NCBI RefSeq assembly: GCF_963921235.1 | Contig: NC_086106.1 | Coordinates: 21,018,001-21,082,000 of the forward strand | DNA from: Mobula hypostoma | Lineage: Eukaryota | Length of the DNA stretch: 64,000 nucleotides | Direction of reading: 5' to 3' | In this document: positions 37,619-51,170 of the stretch, in pieces | Layout of the letters: each line of letters starts with the position of its first letter | Position numbering within the stretch: the stretch's first letter is position 1 | The notes under the pieces: model-generated | What the model was told of the DNA's origin: nothing | The model's input: only the letters and a program-made list of their open reading frames with translations | Databases searched by the model: none | Program-made: the position numbers and the translations under genes

Positions 37619-40600
37619 CATATATGTAGCAAGAGAACTAGACTCTCATTGCAAGTTTTTTTTTTTCACTTACGGAAATATGCCTAGACATTTTAGCCCA
37701 GAACATACCTTGGGCATACCAGATTTAAAGATATCCAAAACGGATCGTGACCAGAACGCTGCCATATGACTAAAGGCGACGGTATGTGGTTCTTTATTAA
37801 TCAGGATGTTGTTGAAGCGTAACTGTCATTACAGAGACATTTATAGCTAACAGTGAAGGTGTATTCCTTAAATGCATACCGTCTGATTCTGCTCCAGAAT
37901 ATACCTTCGCCAGTTTGGCTGGTGTGTACATTCTCCCATAAATTAAATCGCGCGAGCTACAAGAAACACTTGCAGATCAACCACGGCAATCTGGTCTCTG
38001 GCACTGAATCTGGTTCCCTAGTGCAGAAGAGAAAGCGGAACATGAGGTTGTGTTAGTCATTGGGGATTCTATAGTGAGTGGAACAGACAGGAGGTTCTGT
38101 CAGCCTGATACAGATACCTGCATGGTCTGTGGCCTCACAGATGCCAGGGTACAGGATGGGCTCAGATCCTGTGCAGAGTATTCTGAAGCGAGAGGCGGAA
38201 AAGCCAGGAGTCTTGGTAACGTTGGTACCAATGTTATAGTTAGAAAAAGGGAGATTGTCCTGAAGAGGGAATTCAGGGAGTTGGGTAGGAAGCTGAAAGA
38301 CACGACTTTCTGGGTGGTAATCTCAGGAATTCTGCCTGTGCCACCTGCAAGTGAGTGCAAGAATATCATGATCAGGCGAATTAATGTGTGGTCGAGGGAC
38401 TGACGTCAGTGGTAGGGCTTAAGATTCTTGGATCATAGTGACCTCTTCTGGGGGAGGAATGAGCAGTACAAAAGAAACGGGTTACACATGAACACAAAGG
38501 AGTCCAATATCCTGGTGTCACATTTAATAGAGCTGTTAAGGAGGGTTTAAACTAATTGGGCAGGGTGTTGGGAACAGGAATGATAGGGTTGAGCAAGGGG
38601 AAAACAGAAATAAGTCAAACATAGCGTACAATAGAGATTATAGAAAGAACAGGCAGAATATGAGGCTTAATTACAGTTAGTGGCATGGGTTACAGGGCAG
38701 TAGATGCGTGGTGCAGTTAAAATATAAAACAACAAATACGACCGAAAGTGTTATATTTGAAAGCACGCAGCATAAGGAATTACAATTCAGCTACAGATTG
38801 GAAAACATGACTTTGTGTCCACCTCTGAAACTTGGCTAAAGGATGGCACCATTGGGAGGTGAACGTCAAAGGATATACGGTGTATCACGAAAATAGGTTA
38901 ATTGGCAGAGCGTTGCTATGGTACTGTGTTTCAGGAGTAATATTAATTCATTAGAAAGTGATGACGTAGGATTGGAAAGTGTAGAGTTTTGATGGGTTGA
39001 TTTAAGAAATCGCAAGCGTAAAAGAACCCTAATGACAGTTGTATACTGGCCTCAAAACAGCAGCCGGATATGGATTACAAATTACAGCAGGAATTAGACA
39101 AGTCGTGTGAGAAGGCAACGTCATGATAAACCGTTGTGGTTTTTAACATGAAGGTGGATTGGAAAAACTAGGTCAGACCCGAAACTCAAGGGAGAGAATT
39201 GCAGAATGTCCGAGAGATGGCATTTTAGAGTAGCTTGTTTTTGAGCTCACTAGGGTATCGAATGTGCTGGATTGGGTGCTGTGTGACCATCTGGAGATGA
39301 TAAGAGAGGCTCATGCTATGGAACCCTGAGGGACCAGTGATCACAATATAATCGAGCTCACATTGAAATTTAAGCGGGGAAAAATAATGGAAGAAGATGA
39401 ATGGAAACGAACATTTGCAGGAAGGACAGAAGAGCGGCAATGGCTGGAGTTTCTACGAAAAATGAGGGAACTGCAAGACTGAAACTTTGCAAATAAAAAG
39501 ATTTTTTTTAAAGGAAAGATGGACACCACCGTGGCTGACAAGTGAATTCAAGAACCAAAGTAAAATCAAAAGATATTCCATTCAAGGAAGCTAGAGCAGG
39601 TGGGAAGGTAGAGGATTGGGAAACTCCTAAAAACTTGCAGACTGAAACTAAGGAGGTCACGAGGAAAGAAAAGATCAATTATGAAAGAAAGCTGGAGACT
39701 AATATCAAATAAGAAACTACAAGGTTTTTGAAGTATATAAAGAGTAAAAGAGAGTGGTGGGTAGTTATAAGACCCAAACAAAATGACGCTGGAGATATTA
39801 TAATGAGAGTTGCAGAGACGACAGAGGAACTGAATGCGAAATTTGCATCAATCTTCACAGCGGAAGACGTCTCCGGTATACCGGACATTGAACAGTGTCA
39901 GGGAATTGAAGTTTGTGCAGTGAAAATTGCGACTGAGAAGGTGCTTAAGAATTTTAATGGTCTGAGGATGGATAAATCTCCTGGACCTATTGGAATGCAC
40001 CCTAAGGTTCTGAAGGAAGTAGCTGGAATATCACAGAGACAATGACGATGACCTTTCAAGAATCGATAGATTCTGGTATTGCAACCGATAACTGGAAAAT
40101 TGCAAGTGCTATTCCGCTGTTTAGGAAGTGTCGAAGGCAGCAGACGGAAAACTGAAGACCTGTGAGCCTTGCATCAGTGCCTGGGAAGTTGTTGGAATCG
40201 ATTGTTCGGTATGAGATTACAAAGTACTTGAATGCAAATGTCAAGATAGGCCGAAGGGAGAATGTTTCTTCTGAAATGTAAATGCTGACTGACAAATCGA
40301 CTGCATTTCTTAGAATAAAATACAGGCAGAGTGGACAAAGGATATGCAGTAGACGTGGTGTTCTTGGATTTTCAGAAGGCCTTTCACAAGGTGCCGCACA
40401 TGAGGCTGCTTAGCAAGATAAGAGCCCGTGAAATTACAGGGTAGTTACTAGCATGGGGGGAGCATTGGCTGGTGGGCAGAAAAGAGAGAATGGGAATAAG
40501 GGGATCGTATTCTGGCTGGTTGCCTATTGCCAGTGGAGTTTCACAGGGGTCGGGTTTGGGACCGCGGCTTTTCACGATGTGTGTCAATGAATTGGACTGG

Positions 40601-43425
40601 AATATTAATGGATTTGTGGCTAAAAATGCCGATGATACAAAGATAGGTAGAGGAGCGGTAGTCTTGATGAAACAGAGAACCTGCAGAGAGACTTTGATAG
40701 TTTACGGGGACAGGCAAAGAAGTGGCAAGTGAAATACAATGCCGGAAAGTCTATGGTCTTGATTATTGGTGGAAAAATTAAATGTGCAGACTATCATTTA
40801 GATGGGGAGGATGAATTGAGAGTCAATGTGCAAGATATCTTAAAGGATAACCTCCAGGTTCAGACAATTGTGAGTAGGGCGAATGCAATATTGACACTGA
40901 TTTCTAAAGGTGTAGAATATAAGAGCAGGGATGTGCTGTTGAGGCTGTATAAGGCACTCGTAAGACCACAGTTGGAGTATTGTGTGCCGTTTTCGGCTCC
41001 TTATTTTAGAAAGGATATACTGACATTGGAGAGGTTTCAGAGAAGAACAACAGGAATAGAAGGGTTACACTATCAGGAATGTCTAGCAGCCCTCGGGCTA
41101 TATTTCCTGGAATTCAGGAGAATCAGGAGGTACCTCACAGAAACATTCCGAATGTTAAAAGGCATGAATAGATTAGATATTTCAAGGTGTTTTTTTTTTT
41201 CTTGTCTTCACATGGTAGGGTATTCTAGGACATGAGGGCACGACATCAGGCTTGAAGGATATCTATTTAGAACTGAGATGCAGAGAAATTACTTGTCGGA
41301 GTGTGGTAAATCTACGGAAATTATTTGCCGCCAGCGGCTGCGGAGGCCAACTTATAGTGTGTATTTTGGGCAGAGATGGATAGTTTCTTGATTAACCTGG
41401 GCATCCAGGGTTATTGTGCTAAAGGCAGAGGAGTGGGAATGACTGAAAGAATAGGATCAGTCAATGATTCAATGGCGGAGCAGAATCAATGGGCCGAAAA
41501 ACCTGTATCTGCTCCTTTATCTTATGGCGATGTGCTCTTATGATTTACGGAGTCAGCTAAAGCCTGTCGGAACTCTGTTGTTATTATCACGGGCAATTTT
41601 AAACATGCTACCTGAAAACACGAAATTCCCTTTTTCACCACCACGTCAGCTGTAATGAGTACAGCTAATACAGTATTCTGGACTATTTCTGGAGCCTGAT
41701 TAAAGATGGATTTCATGTTACATGTCGTACTCCTTTGGACATTCTGACCACTCTATGATTCAGTTCATTTCTGCATACGAGTTTTCAGTTTGTAAACATA
41801 TGGTCTGATATGTCTAAAGATATATCAGGATTCTGCTTTGATTGCACTGATTTGAACAACTTTAAAAGTAGTACTGAAAGTATTGTTGAATACATTTATA
41901 CATTTGCCTCCCATATTCGCTATCGTGTGATGCCTTCTGACCAAATAACGAAATCAGCAAATTTAGCAATACCAAACCTGGTTCGTCGAAGATCTTGGTC
42001 AGCTTCGTATGGTGGAGGAGGAACCATACAGAAAGTGGAGACAAAGCTCAGTTCTAAATTGCCAGTACATGCAAGAGCAGGAAGCCTGAAATGCCAAAGA
42101 CCAAAGTTCAGTCTAACGGGAAACTAAGACTTCTGCAAGTATCATTTCGTTTGTCCACCAAGTTTTTCTATCTATTACTAATACAAGAAGAAGTCCCGTC
42201 CCCGCCAGATGACCTCTTCCTCCTACTGGTTAAACGTGATCTGCAAACCTCTTTGTATATAGATCAGTTATAATGTAGACGTTTCAAAGGCAGGTTATGT
42301 CTTTTGTCAAATCGATAACTCAGAACTTTTTCAGATCCGCTGCATTTCCAACAGAGCCAGCAGATATGCAAATAATGTAGTTGACACTGCTATGCACTTC
42401 ATACTACAGAATATCCTCTCCACTGCTATAAATATCAGGAATTCCCATTCCGATTTCATTTCAGTCTTCAATGCTACATTCCCTGAACTCCTGTTAGAGA
42501 AATGCTTCAAACATATCGTACCGGGCCCCACCGCAACTTGGCCCAAAGCATCCTCCCTGACGGGTGCAGAAAGAGAGACTAGACACAGACATGTTCACAT
42601 CCCGCTTATTTAGAACTGTTGGGCGACAAACATGTGTTGTAACCCCTCCCCTATTTTCTCCATCCGTCAAAGACAGCACTCCAGAGATCGACCAATTCAA
42701 ATGTTAAACTTTGAACGCGGCATAACTGACATTGCATTCAACTCGAGACATCAAATACAAGTACTGCCAGAAAGTAAAGGATTCAGGAATGCAGTCAAAA
42801 CTGTGGAACTGCATATCGATTTGAACAGAAATTAGTCTGCCCGACTCTCATTCAATATTAAAAACTCCACAGTTAGCACAGTTTCGACATATAGGTTCAT
42901 CGACATCATTATCTAATGGTGGCTCACGTGGCTGATCCATACTCCGTTATTATCAAAATGGTTGTGCACAGGATGTATCTTTTGCAGTATTTGGTAAGAT
43001 TCCATCTTCCCCAGAGTATGCCCGTGCAATTCTTCACTGCCGTTATAGAGAGCGACCTCTCAGTCGCCATTACTGTCCGCTTCCATGCGTCATGCACTGA
43101 CAATATGTGAAAACGACTGCAAACAGACAGGCCAGCAGAAGGATGATGGGCTACAGCCTACCTTGAGAACAGGACGTGCATGTTCACACGAGAACAACGC
43201 AGGCAGGAAAAACAGCGCGAACACTTTCCACCCAGCAGAATGTTATCCCTAATTAACGACAGATTTAGGGGGTTTCAAGGGAGAAAGCGATCCTCTATAA
43301 GCACGACTAAAGTGAATGATAGTGTCCGGAGTTCACTCATCTTCAGTGGAAATCCTGTTTACTTTCACCTATTTATACCCCTCATAATTTTACATACTGC
43401 TATCTTCTACGGTGTAAGGGTTTAG
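37619..43425 (+). mobile_element. Rex1/Babar LINE with nested CR1 (about 37995-41545), copy-2 paralogs of 11897-17750
   Basis: Collinear with copy 1. ORFs 38050-38403 (esterase), 40472-41235 (CR1 RT) and 42392-43110 (Rex1 RT). Confidence 0.8.
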
Positions 43426-43429
43426 GTCC

Positions 43430-44120
43430 TTACCCATTCAATCTTTCCGAATAACTCAGGTAATCCAGCCCGGAAACACCCTTGCAAATCTTTTGTGTAC
43501 TCATTCAACTTCCTTTACATCTCTCATCTTGGTGGGTGTCCGGAACAGCTCACAAGACTCCATATTAGGCCTCAGCAGCGTCCTATCCCACTTCAACTTA
43601 ACATTCCATTATCTGTGATACAACATTCAGTAAATAATGGACCTGTTGTCCCAGATCACTTTGTGCACTACTCTCTTCAATGACATACCGTTCGTAGTGT
43701 AATTCCCGCACCGGGGTGTAATGAGATCGACCTATCATTTTAAACTTTTTTTTCAGTTTGTCCGGCTCCTGCTGCCAACTCTGGTAATTATTTTCGTTCT
43801 CCAGTGTACCATTCTTCTTGGAGTTGTCGGCAAATTTACTGATCAGGTTGACCAAGTTATCATTGAAATCAGTATCTTGATGACAAGCAAGAACAGACCA
43901 AGCACTGATCCGTGCAGCACTCTACTTGTCATCGGGCTCCATTCAGAGAAACACCTATTTCCGCTTCTCCCACAAGGCCAATATCTGATCCAAATAACTA
44001 TCTCATCTTGAATGCCAAATAACTAAACCTTCTTGAGCAATCTCCCATAGGGAACTTTGCGAAATGCGCGGCTAACATTCCATGTAGATAACATTCTCTG
44101 CCTTGTCGTTTGCAGTCTTA
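43430..44120 (-). mobile_element. CR1 RT fragment, paralog of 17750-18460
   Basis: ORF 43598-43855 has ISKFADNSK. Confidence 0.65.
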
Positions 44121-47100
44121 TCCTGATTAAATATTTTGCACTCACAGCAACATTGTTAGTTGTTCAGCATTGCAAAATTTGCAAATATATACAATGGTTT
44201 CTCCAAAGGCTAATTCTTTAAATTCTCGAGGCAATACGTAGGTCAGGTGAGCAACCGATTTTCACGATATTGTTTTACTGTGAGGTCTTCTACAACTGTG
44301 ACTGCAACGGACAACTGAGGATAATAGTTGGAGTTCAGGTGAGGAGTTGGGCGTATCCTCATGAGCTCCTTCTTTATTTCTTCACCTTATGCATTTTAGT
44401 ACTTTAAAAAAAAACGTAATTTCCTTGTCACGTTTTTCATTATCGCCCTCATCTCTCTCGTCCTTTTCCTGTCGTGATGTTTTTCCCGTTACTTTTCCTT
44501 CCTCATTTACAATATTGCGAAAACGTCCTTACCATTTACCTCTTAGCGCATTGGCACTAATCCCGCGCTTATTTCATTTGATTCCGCCATTTCTCTTAAA
44601 GATTTAACAATCGGTTTAAATTACTGTCGCTGTTTAAACCCTTGGTCAGTAAGTGTTCATAATGCGGGCGGAAAACAAACCACTAGGAAGAGAGCAGATG
44701 CACACCATAAGTTTAGAGGAGAGGATTGAATTGTACTCAATGGAATAGCCAAGCAGAAATTCATCTGACTGGGGAATTGTGCAACGACCAATATATGACC
44801 GTGTTCCAAAGGAGTACTTCCTGAAATTAAAGGATTTTTAATTTCCTTTTACAAATTGATTACATGCATTTTGCACTGACCTAATTCTGCAACGTTTGAA
44901 GAAGAAGAATTTCTGAAGTAGAATATTTGTCCGTAATTCCAAAGTATTGCAACCTTTATATTTCAGATCAATAGCGGCCAAGTGGGGGTGAGACATATCT
45001 TAGACTAGTGTCACTTCTTTCAATAACAGTTTTTATCATTGTCTTTTCCAGATTACATATTAATTCGATGTGTTCCTGCGCTTTCTGCAAATTGTGATAT
45101 GCATTGGATCTCCAGACACCATGGCGGGATTTACGGATTCATTTACCAGTCTGTTCACCTGCACTCAAGCCATTCACTTCGGGGAGTTTAGGAAGTGCAC
45201 AAAAAGTGACCAGAGACCAATTGGACTTAGATCAACGATATTGCAGTCTCTGGAAAGGCTGATTATGGTACCGATCGAATCCATAACTCAGAATTTTCCA
45301 GTTCCGCTGTAATTCGCTACAGAGCCAACGGCACTGCAGATGACGTCGTTAACGTCGGTATACACTTCATACTTCAGCATATGAATATGTCAGAAAAGTC
45401 TCTGTCATTTCCGCTCAGCCTTCATTAAAATCTACTCTTTGCGTCAGCAAGAGAACGGTTCCAAATTTACTGTATCAGGTCTCATCTGCTACTTGAGCAA
45501 CAGCAACCCCTTTGACAGGGGGCAAGACGTGAAACCTAATAGGCATATGACCATATGCCGCTAAGTCAGTACCTCTGCGCTACAGCAACCCGTTCCTATT
45601 TTCTCTATATAACAATGACAGCGTTTGAAAATCCGATCTGTTAAACTGATAAGGTTTGCAGACGACACCTCTGTCATTGCGATGATATCCAGAGGCGTAG
45701 ACTATGGAAGTAAACAATCCAGTGCGTTGGTAAAAGCAAAACACCTTGGAGCTGAAAGTCCTCAAAACTACGGGAATGCATATCGATTTGAAGAGAAATG
45801 TGTCTGCTCTTCACCAACTGATCGTCAAAAACGCTACTGGTAGAACCCAACCAAGCCGTTAGCCCCTGGGCATCATTATTACGTAGGATCTGATGTAAGA
45901 CAGCCATATCTGCGTTATTGGCAAATGCCTCTGCCCACGGTATATTTCTTGCGGCATTTAGTAGAATTCAAAGTTAATTTATTATTAACGCATGCAAATT
46001 GAAGTTCTCTTCTCCTTTAAGGTACGATATCAAAAAATAAAATAAGGCAGTACGATCATCAACCGCCCCAAAATAACTCCTTCCCGCACAAAACACGAAC
46101 TAAAGGGAACAGGTAGATCAAACCCCAAATCCTCTTTCTCCGCATTAAAAAATGCGAACAAAAACGGAACATTCTCATCTACCTTCTGATAACTCCTCCC
46201 GCAGAAAAAAAACAAACGAACAAAACGGAACACTGAGATCGACCACACAAAATCCCATTCCCCGACCAAAGACTCTAACAAAAACGCAACATGCAGAATG
46301 ACCCGAAAATCCTTCTCCCGAGCAAATATGGAACAGGCACGTTGTCTCCGAATTCTCCACCCGGTACTAAAAAGAAAGAAAGAAAGAAAAGAAACATCGA
46401 GGGGAAACAGCATTAAGACTGAAAATATCTGCAGGTAGGTATAGATGGGGAAAATGCTGTTTCCTCTGAATGTTACAATTTATGTCCTGGAATGTATAGA
46501 CATAATGCGGTTTGACTTTTTTCCAACAGATCAGATTGACGGAACATGTTGTTCGACAGTGTGTAGCTGAGCTATGAGGGAGTAGATGATTTGTGTAGGC
46601 TTGCCATGAGACATTAAAGGATGTTTCTTTAATAGATTGCACACCAGGGAAATATTAACGGTTTCAGCGTCATTTCCCACACATTTTACCCGTCATGCAA
46701 ATTCGTAGCTGGCCTAACAATAGTCAAAACCAAGGTACGACGCGATTATAGTTAGTCCAGAATTCGGGGATTTCAGGAGATGAAGAACGAAAAGATAACA
46801 TAAGTCCGCCTGGCGTAAATAACTATTGATTCGTTATTAAACGTAAACTTTCAGGAATATGTTGTTTTGTTTATTAACGCCTTTTCTAATAACTGTTGCA
46901 GTGCCTGCAACTGGGTAGCAAATTAAATCCCAAGAGCTGCATCAAAGAGCAATCCGACTATCAGCTCTTGGCGTATTGGGGTAAATGAAGTCAGGCAACT
47001 CAGGAAGTGGACATAAGGTCTTGAGCGCAAAGTGTGTGTGCTGCTGGGTGTAGCGATTTTCTTAACTAACTACATCTATCAGTGAGACCGATTGATGATA

Positions 47101-47149
47101 TGTGGGTTTCTATGCCAGCTCGATTGCTTGTGGTTGCACTTTCTCATTT

Positions 47150-47188
47150 AGTTTTTGTACAGCAACAGATGGAGCACAATATACCGTG
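47150..47188 (-). other. 23-bp-spacer RSS of V2
   Basis: Heptamer CACGGTA (47188-47182), 23-nt spacer, nonamer ACAAAAACT (47158-47150). Confidence 0.9.
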
Positions 47189-47492
47189 ACTCTCATTGCA
47201 CAGAAGTAAAGCCCGGAGTCCAGGATATCTGCACGTTTGATTGTTAATGGTATATTCTTCGCGTCGTTGGTCTGGTCCGCCTCGATCTTTCCCTTTGCAA
47301 AATCCGCATCTTCTCTGTCATTGTTATCCCGGTATAATATAAAGCGCAGGGGCTGATTATTTTGATGTTGATACCAATATAGATCCGGGTTGCGTTGACT
47401 AGTTCTGTAGCTACACTCTATTTTCACATCATCACCTTCCACCACGTCCAACGCGTCCTGGGGCTGTGTCACCGAATCTCCCTGAATATGTA
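47189..47492 (-). CDS. TCR alpha/delta-type V segment 2, V exon
   Basis: Acceptor tgtttcag, phase 1. Reads (V)HIQGDSVTQP...IECSY...LYWYQH...DSGLYFCAMR, an open frame with canonical Cys, Trp and Cys. Confidence 0.92.
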
Positions 47493-47579
47493 CTGAAACA
47501 ATAGGGTGAAATCAGTACTGAGTTGGAAAGCTGCTAATAACATGGAAACGTAATAGATAGAGAGCCAGATCAGACTTAC

Positions 47580-47619
47580 CGAATAACGTCCATAATACAA
47601 CGAGAACAGGGGAAAACAT
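47580..47619 (-). CDS. V2 leader exon (MFSPVLVVLWTLF)
   Basis: ATG at 47619, G|GTAAGT donor, 87-nt intron, in frame with the V exon. Confidence 0.9.
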
Positions 47620-50600
47620 GTATTTGATTGTGACTTTACTAACAATGTACAACGATAGCTCTTCTTGTATCTGAAAAAAAAACAGCACAATGATACTCTA
47701 CGTGAAATAACGAGACTTAAACCCAATTCAAGGGAGGGGCGGTGCAACAGAAGGTGAGGTTTTAAATATCAAGACAACGAACTCAGATCACTGGAAAGAA
47801 AACTCTGACCTCAATTACACATCACGTCGGTTCGTCATCCTGAGCGGCAGTCATATGTACAATTGGCATTGGGCGCCACCTAATCTAGGCGGAGTTATAT
47901 CTCAGCAGTTTATGTCTCCCACGCCTATCGCCACCAATCACCGTCAGGGAAAAATAAATAATAAGTTTTATTTTTCATTGTGAAATGGTACACGTATGGA
48001 CCTGTTTTCCACTTGGAAAACGAGTAAGGGAAACCTATACGGCCCATAATGTTTGGCATAGTGAGGGTGAACACAAAAATGAAATTATGAACGGGAAACT
48101 AAAATAATAAAATAATTTGAAAGGCGTGGAAGCAAACAAACCAAGGAAAGGACTCGCGATATGATGTTTCTCTCATCCGGCTGCCCAGCTTTGTTACTCC
48201 AGTGTTAATATTAAAATATCGCTCGGTGCTGCAGAGTTTAATGGTCAGTCAGATGGAGCTTGATCCACAGTTGCCGACCACGTGATGAATCTGCCACCAC
48301 AATGCCTTAAAAACAAAAGAAAGTAATGTATGAGGTTCAACGAAGTCGTAAAAAAACGAAATGAAATAAATAAATAAACAAACAAACTTACCTCCGCAGT
48401 GATGACGTGTTTGGAAAAATTGGCGATTGAAGATATCATCTCTTGCCTCAGAAATAACCTGCATCCTCGTCAGTTTGCCTCCTGTCACAACGTGTCTACA
48501 ACAGATGCTTTTTCATTTGCTCTTGAGTTAACAGAGCGACATCTTTTAGCAGGAGAAATGCATTCACCTGGATGGTATTTACCGACTAATGCTCGGTATT
48601 ACATGCTATAATCCTGTGAAATCTAATCAATAAACTACAACAAATTGGCCTCGATATCTCCCTGTGCAGGTGGATGTTCAATATCATCATTTGCAGATCG
48701 CAGTCCAATCGAATTGGCAAAACCATCTGTTCCGCAATTTCCATCGGCACTGATATACCACAAAGCTGAATGGTTTTCCCCTGATCTACTGGTTTTACAC
48801 ATACGGCTGTAAGGTGACGGATAGCTGTAGTGCCATGTTTTAAATTTATCTTTGATGACGACGCACTGTATTTGACCAAGTCAAAGTTAGTGAGGTTCAG
48901 TACACAGGGGCAAGATTGATGACCTGGGTGAGTCGCACATCAGCGACAACCTCTCACGCAATGTCAGCGCGAATAAGGAGCTGATTAGTGACTTCACCCG
49001 CAGGAAGCTGAACGACCGTTAGCCTGTCCTTTTCAGAGGTGGAGAGGGCAGCAACTCTAATTTCCTTCGTCTTGTAAGGTCAGGAGATCTATGTGTTAAA
49101 AGGAAGAAAGCAACGCAGCGTCTCGACTGCCTTAGATGTTTGCGAAGATTTGATATGACATCTAAAATTTGGACAGACATTTGCAGCTATTAGATTGAAA
49201 GTATATTGACAGGTTGTATCACAACCTGGCATGGAAACACCAGTGCCTCTGATGGAAAAATCCTACACAAGTAGACGATGCGGATCAGTCTATCACGGGC
49301 GAAGCCCCTTCCCTACCACTGAACATATGTACACGCAACGGTGTCGCAGGAAAGCAGCATCCTATATCATGGACTCTCATAACAAACACCATGATTCCGG
49401 CTTGCTGCTAATGTCAGAAAAATGGGTACAGGAGCATCAGGACACACATCACCCGGTTCATATACAGTTATTAAACCACAACAACAGGATCCTGAACCGG
49501 AAGAGATAACGTCACTAAACTTTAGATATTGCTATTAGAACAACGTATACACTATTCAGTCGCACAATTTTGTTTTTTAATTTTTGTTTTTTGTATTGTG
49601 TTCAGTAGTAGTAAGGATCGGTTGTAATAATCGGTGTCTAACTTTAATCCATTCAGGCTTGTATCTATAGCAAGGTATGATGTATTTCGTTTATGTTGTA
49701 AAGCAAGGCTTTTGTGAATGATGGTATTATTATTATAATAATAATTATTATTATTTTGTCTTTTGCATACTGGTTGTTTTCCCGTCCTGTTGAGGCCGGT
49801 CCTTCATTGATTCTGTTGTGTTTTTGGATTTACTCCGTATGCCCTCTGTGTGTCGTACATGGGATTTGAAAATTACTCTAATTTACATTTTGACTAAATG
49901 CTAGAGAACAAATTGTAGCGCGTGATATAATTAAACATGCGCCAACTAAGTTATGGCCGTACTGCTGGAAAAAAATAAAATCCGTAACGTAGGTATGTGT
50001 TTCAACCTTTAATGGTGCGACCCTGCTGAATTCCCCTGTATGTTCTGCAAAGCCGGCATATCATTTTTGTATTAGCCAGATAGAATTGAATATGAAACTG
50101 CTTGTGACTTGCAGTATGACTTCCTAATTTTGAAACAGTATCCGAGCGGCGAAGGAAATCATGCCATGTGCTTTCTTTACCATCCTAACTACTTGTATTG
50201 CCACTTTCGGGTACCTTATGGGCTTTGTCACTAAGATCATTCAGGACGTGTTTTCGAAAGTGTCATCTTGTTTACCGTAGGAATTTCCCATACATGTGCC
50301 CTCCGACAGTGTACTGTAACTGAATTGAACTTTATTTTCGATTTGTCACCTGTAACTGCAAACGATCCATACGTTGATGTATACTTAGAAAATCTTTCTC
50401 TCTCTATCCACGAATACATCAATGCTTGTGTCATATGCAAGGGTGATAATTAGCCCTTCTACAATGGATACACTCTGTCTTCTGGCACCACCACTGTGGC
50501 TAAGGGGATACAAATTAATTCGAGTCCTTGCAATCTTTCATTGTGACTCAACTAATAACCTGGGGTAAATTCCATTGATCCCCATTCTTGACTTCCTTAT

Positions 50601-51100
50601 CCTTTCTTTCGTACAGGTTCATGATGTTCCTTATTTGCAATTAACATGTTTAAACCATTGCCATGCGACAAATCAGTCCTTGCCTAATAGCAGCAGCTCC
50701 CAGATTTCTCTTCGTTGCTCTTGTCTAATTGCATTTCCCCAATTAAGCGCCCCCCCCTCCTTATTCCAGCCTTATATTTATTAATAGCTATCTTAGGATA
50801 TAAATATGTACGTCGATCCGCTTATTTTCTGATAACTTAAATCTCGCTGGGTAACGAACCTGCCGTGCCTTTAATTCATTATTTTTTTTTCCAGCTTGTC
50901 AACAAAATAGCCTATTTTGACGTTAAGTACATCCCACTGGATTAAACAAATTAAACATGAAAGTGTTGCATATGTTGCAATTAACAACTTTTATGATGCA
51001 AAATAAATTCTCCCTCCAGAGGTTTAATAGGGGTTTAAGTAAACGTTCTTCAGGGATTATTCAAAGGTTCAACCAAAACTGCAGATCGTGCTTATAGAAT

Positions 51101-51170
51101 ATGCATGCTCCCGCAAATGCGCCGGTGTTTGCCATCTATTATACGATTCTCGCAGCCGTTGGACTTCCAG
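51101..51170 (+). CDS. Class-A GPCR (GPR139-like), exon 1: MHAPANAPVFAIYYTILAAVGLP
   Basis: ATG, short N-terminus and first half of TM1, then a CAG|GTAAAA phase-1 donor that joins in frame to exon 2 (G-NLVTIVIL). Confidence 0.8.

Larger units (their letters stand above)
28522..50802. repeat. Tandem segmental duplication, copy 2 (contains V2 and the CR1/L1 insertion)
   Basis: Its start matches 11346 and its end matches about 28511-28524. ATA is shared at the junction. Confidence 0.92.

Noticed and set aside
24364-47492. V segments as IgH V, NAR-TCR V or NAR-TCR supporting V
   Set aside because: Framework motifs are TCR alpha/delta-like (CSY...LYWYQ, PLTI, DSG.YFCA). Each has its own leader exon and there is no extra CDR1 cysteine.
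11346-50802. Duplication as a false haplotype duplication
   Set aside because: The copies differ by about 5-15%, have independent multi-kb insertions with empty sites in the other copy, and share a base-resolved junction. That is too divergent for alleles.
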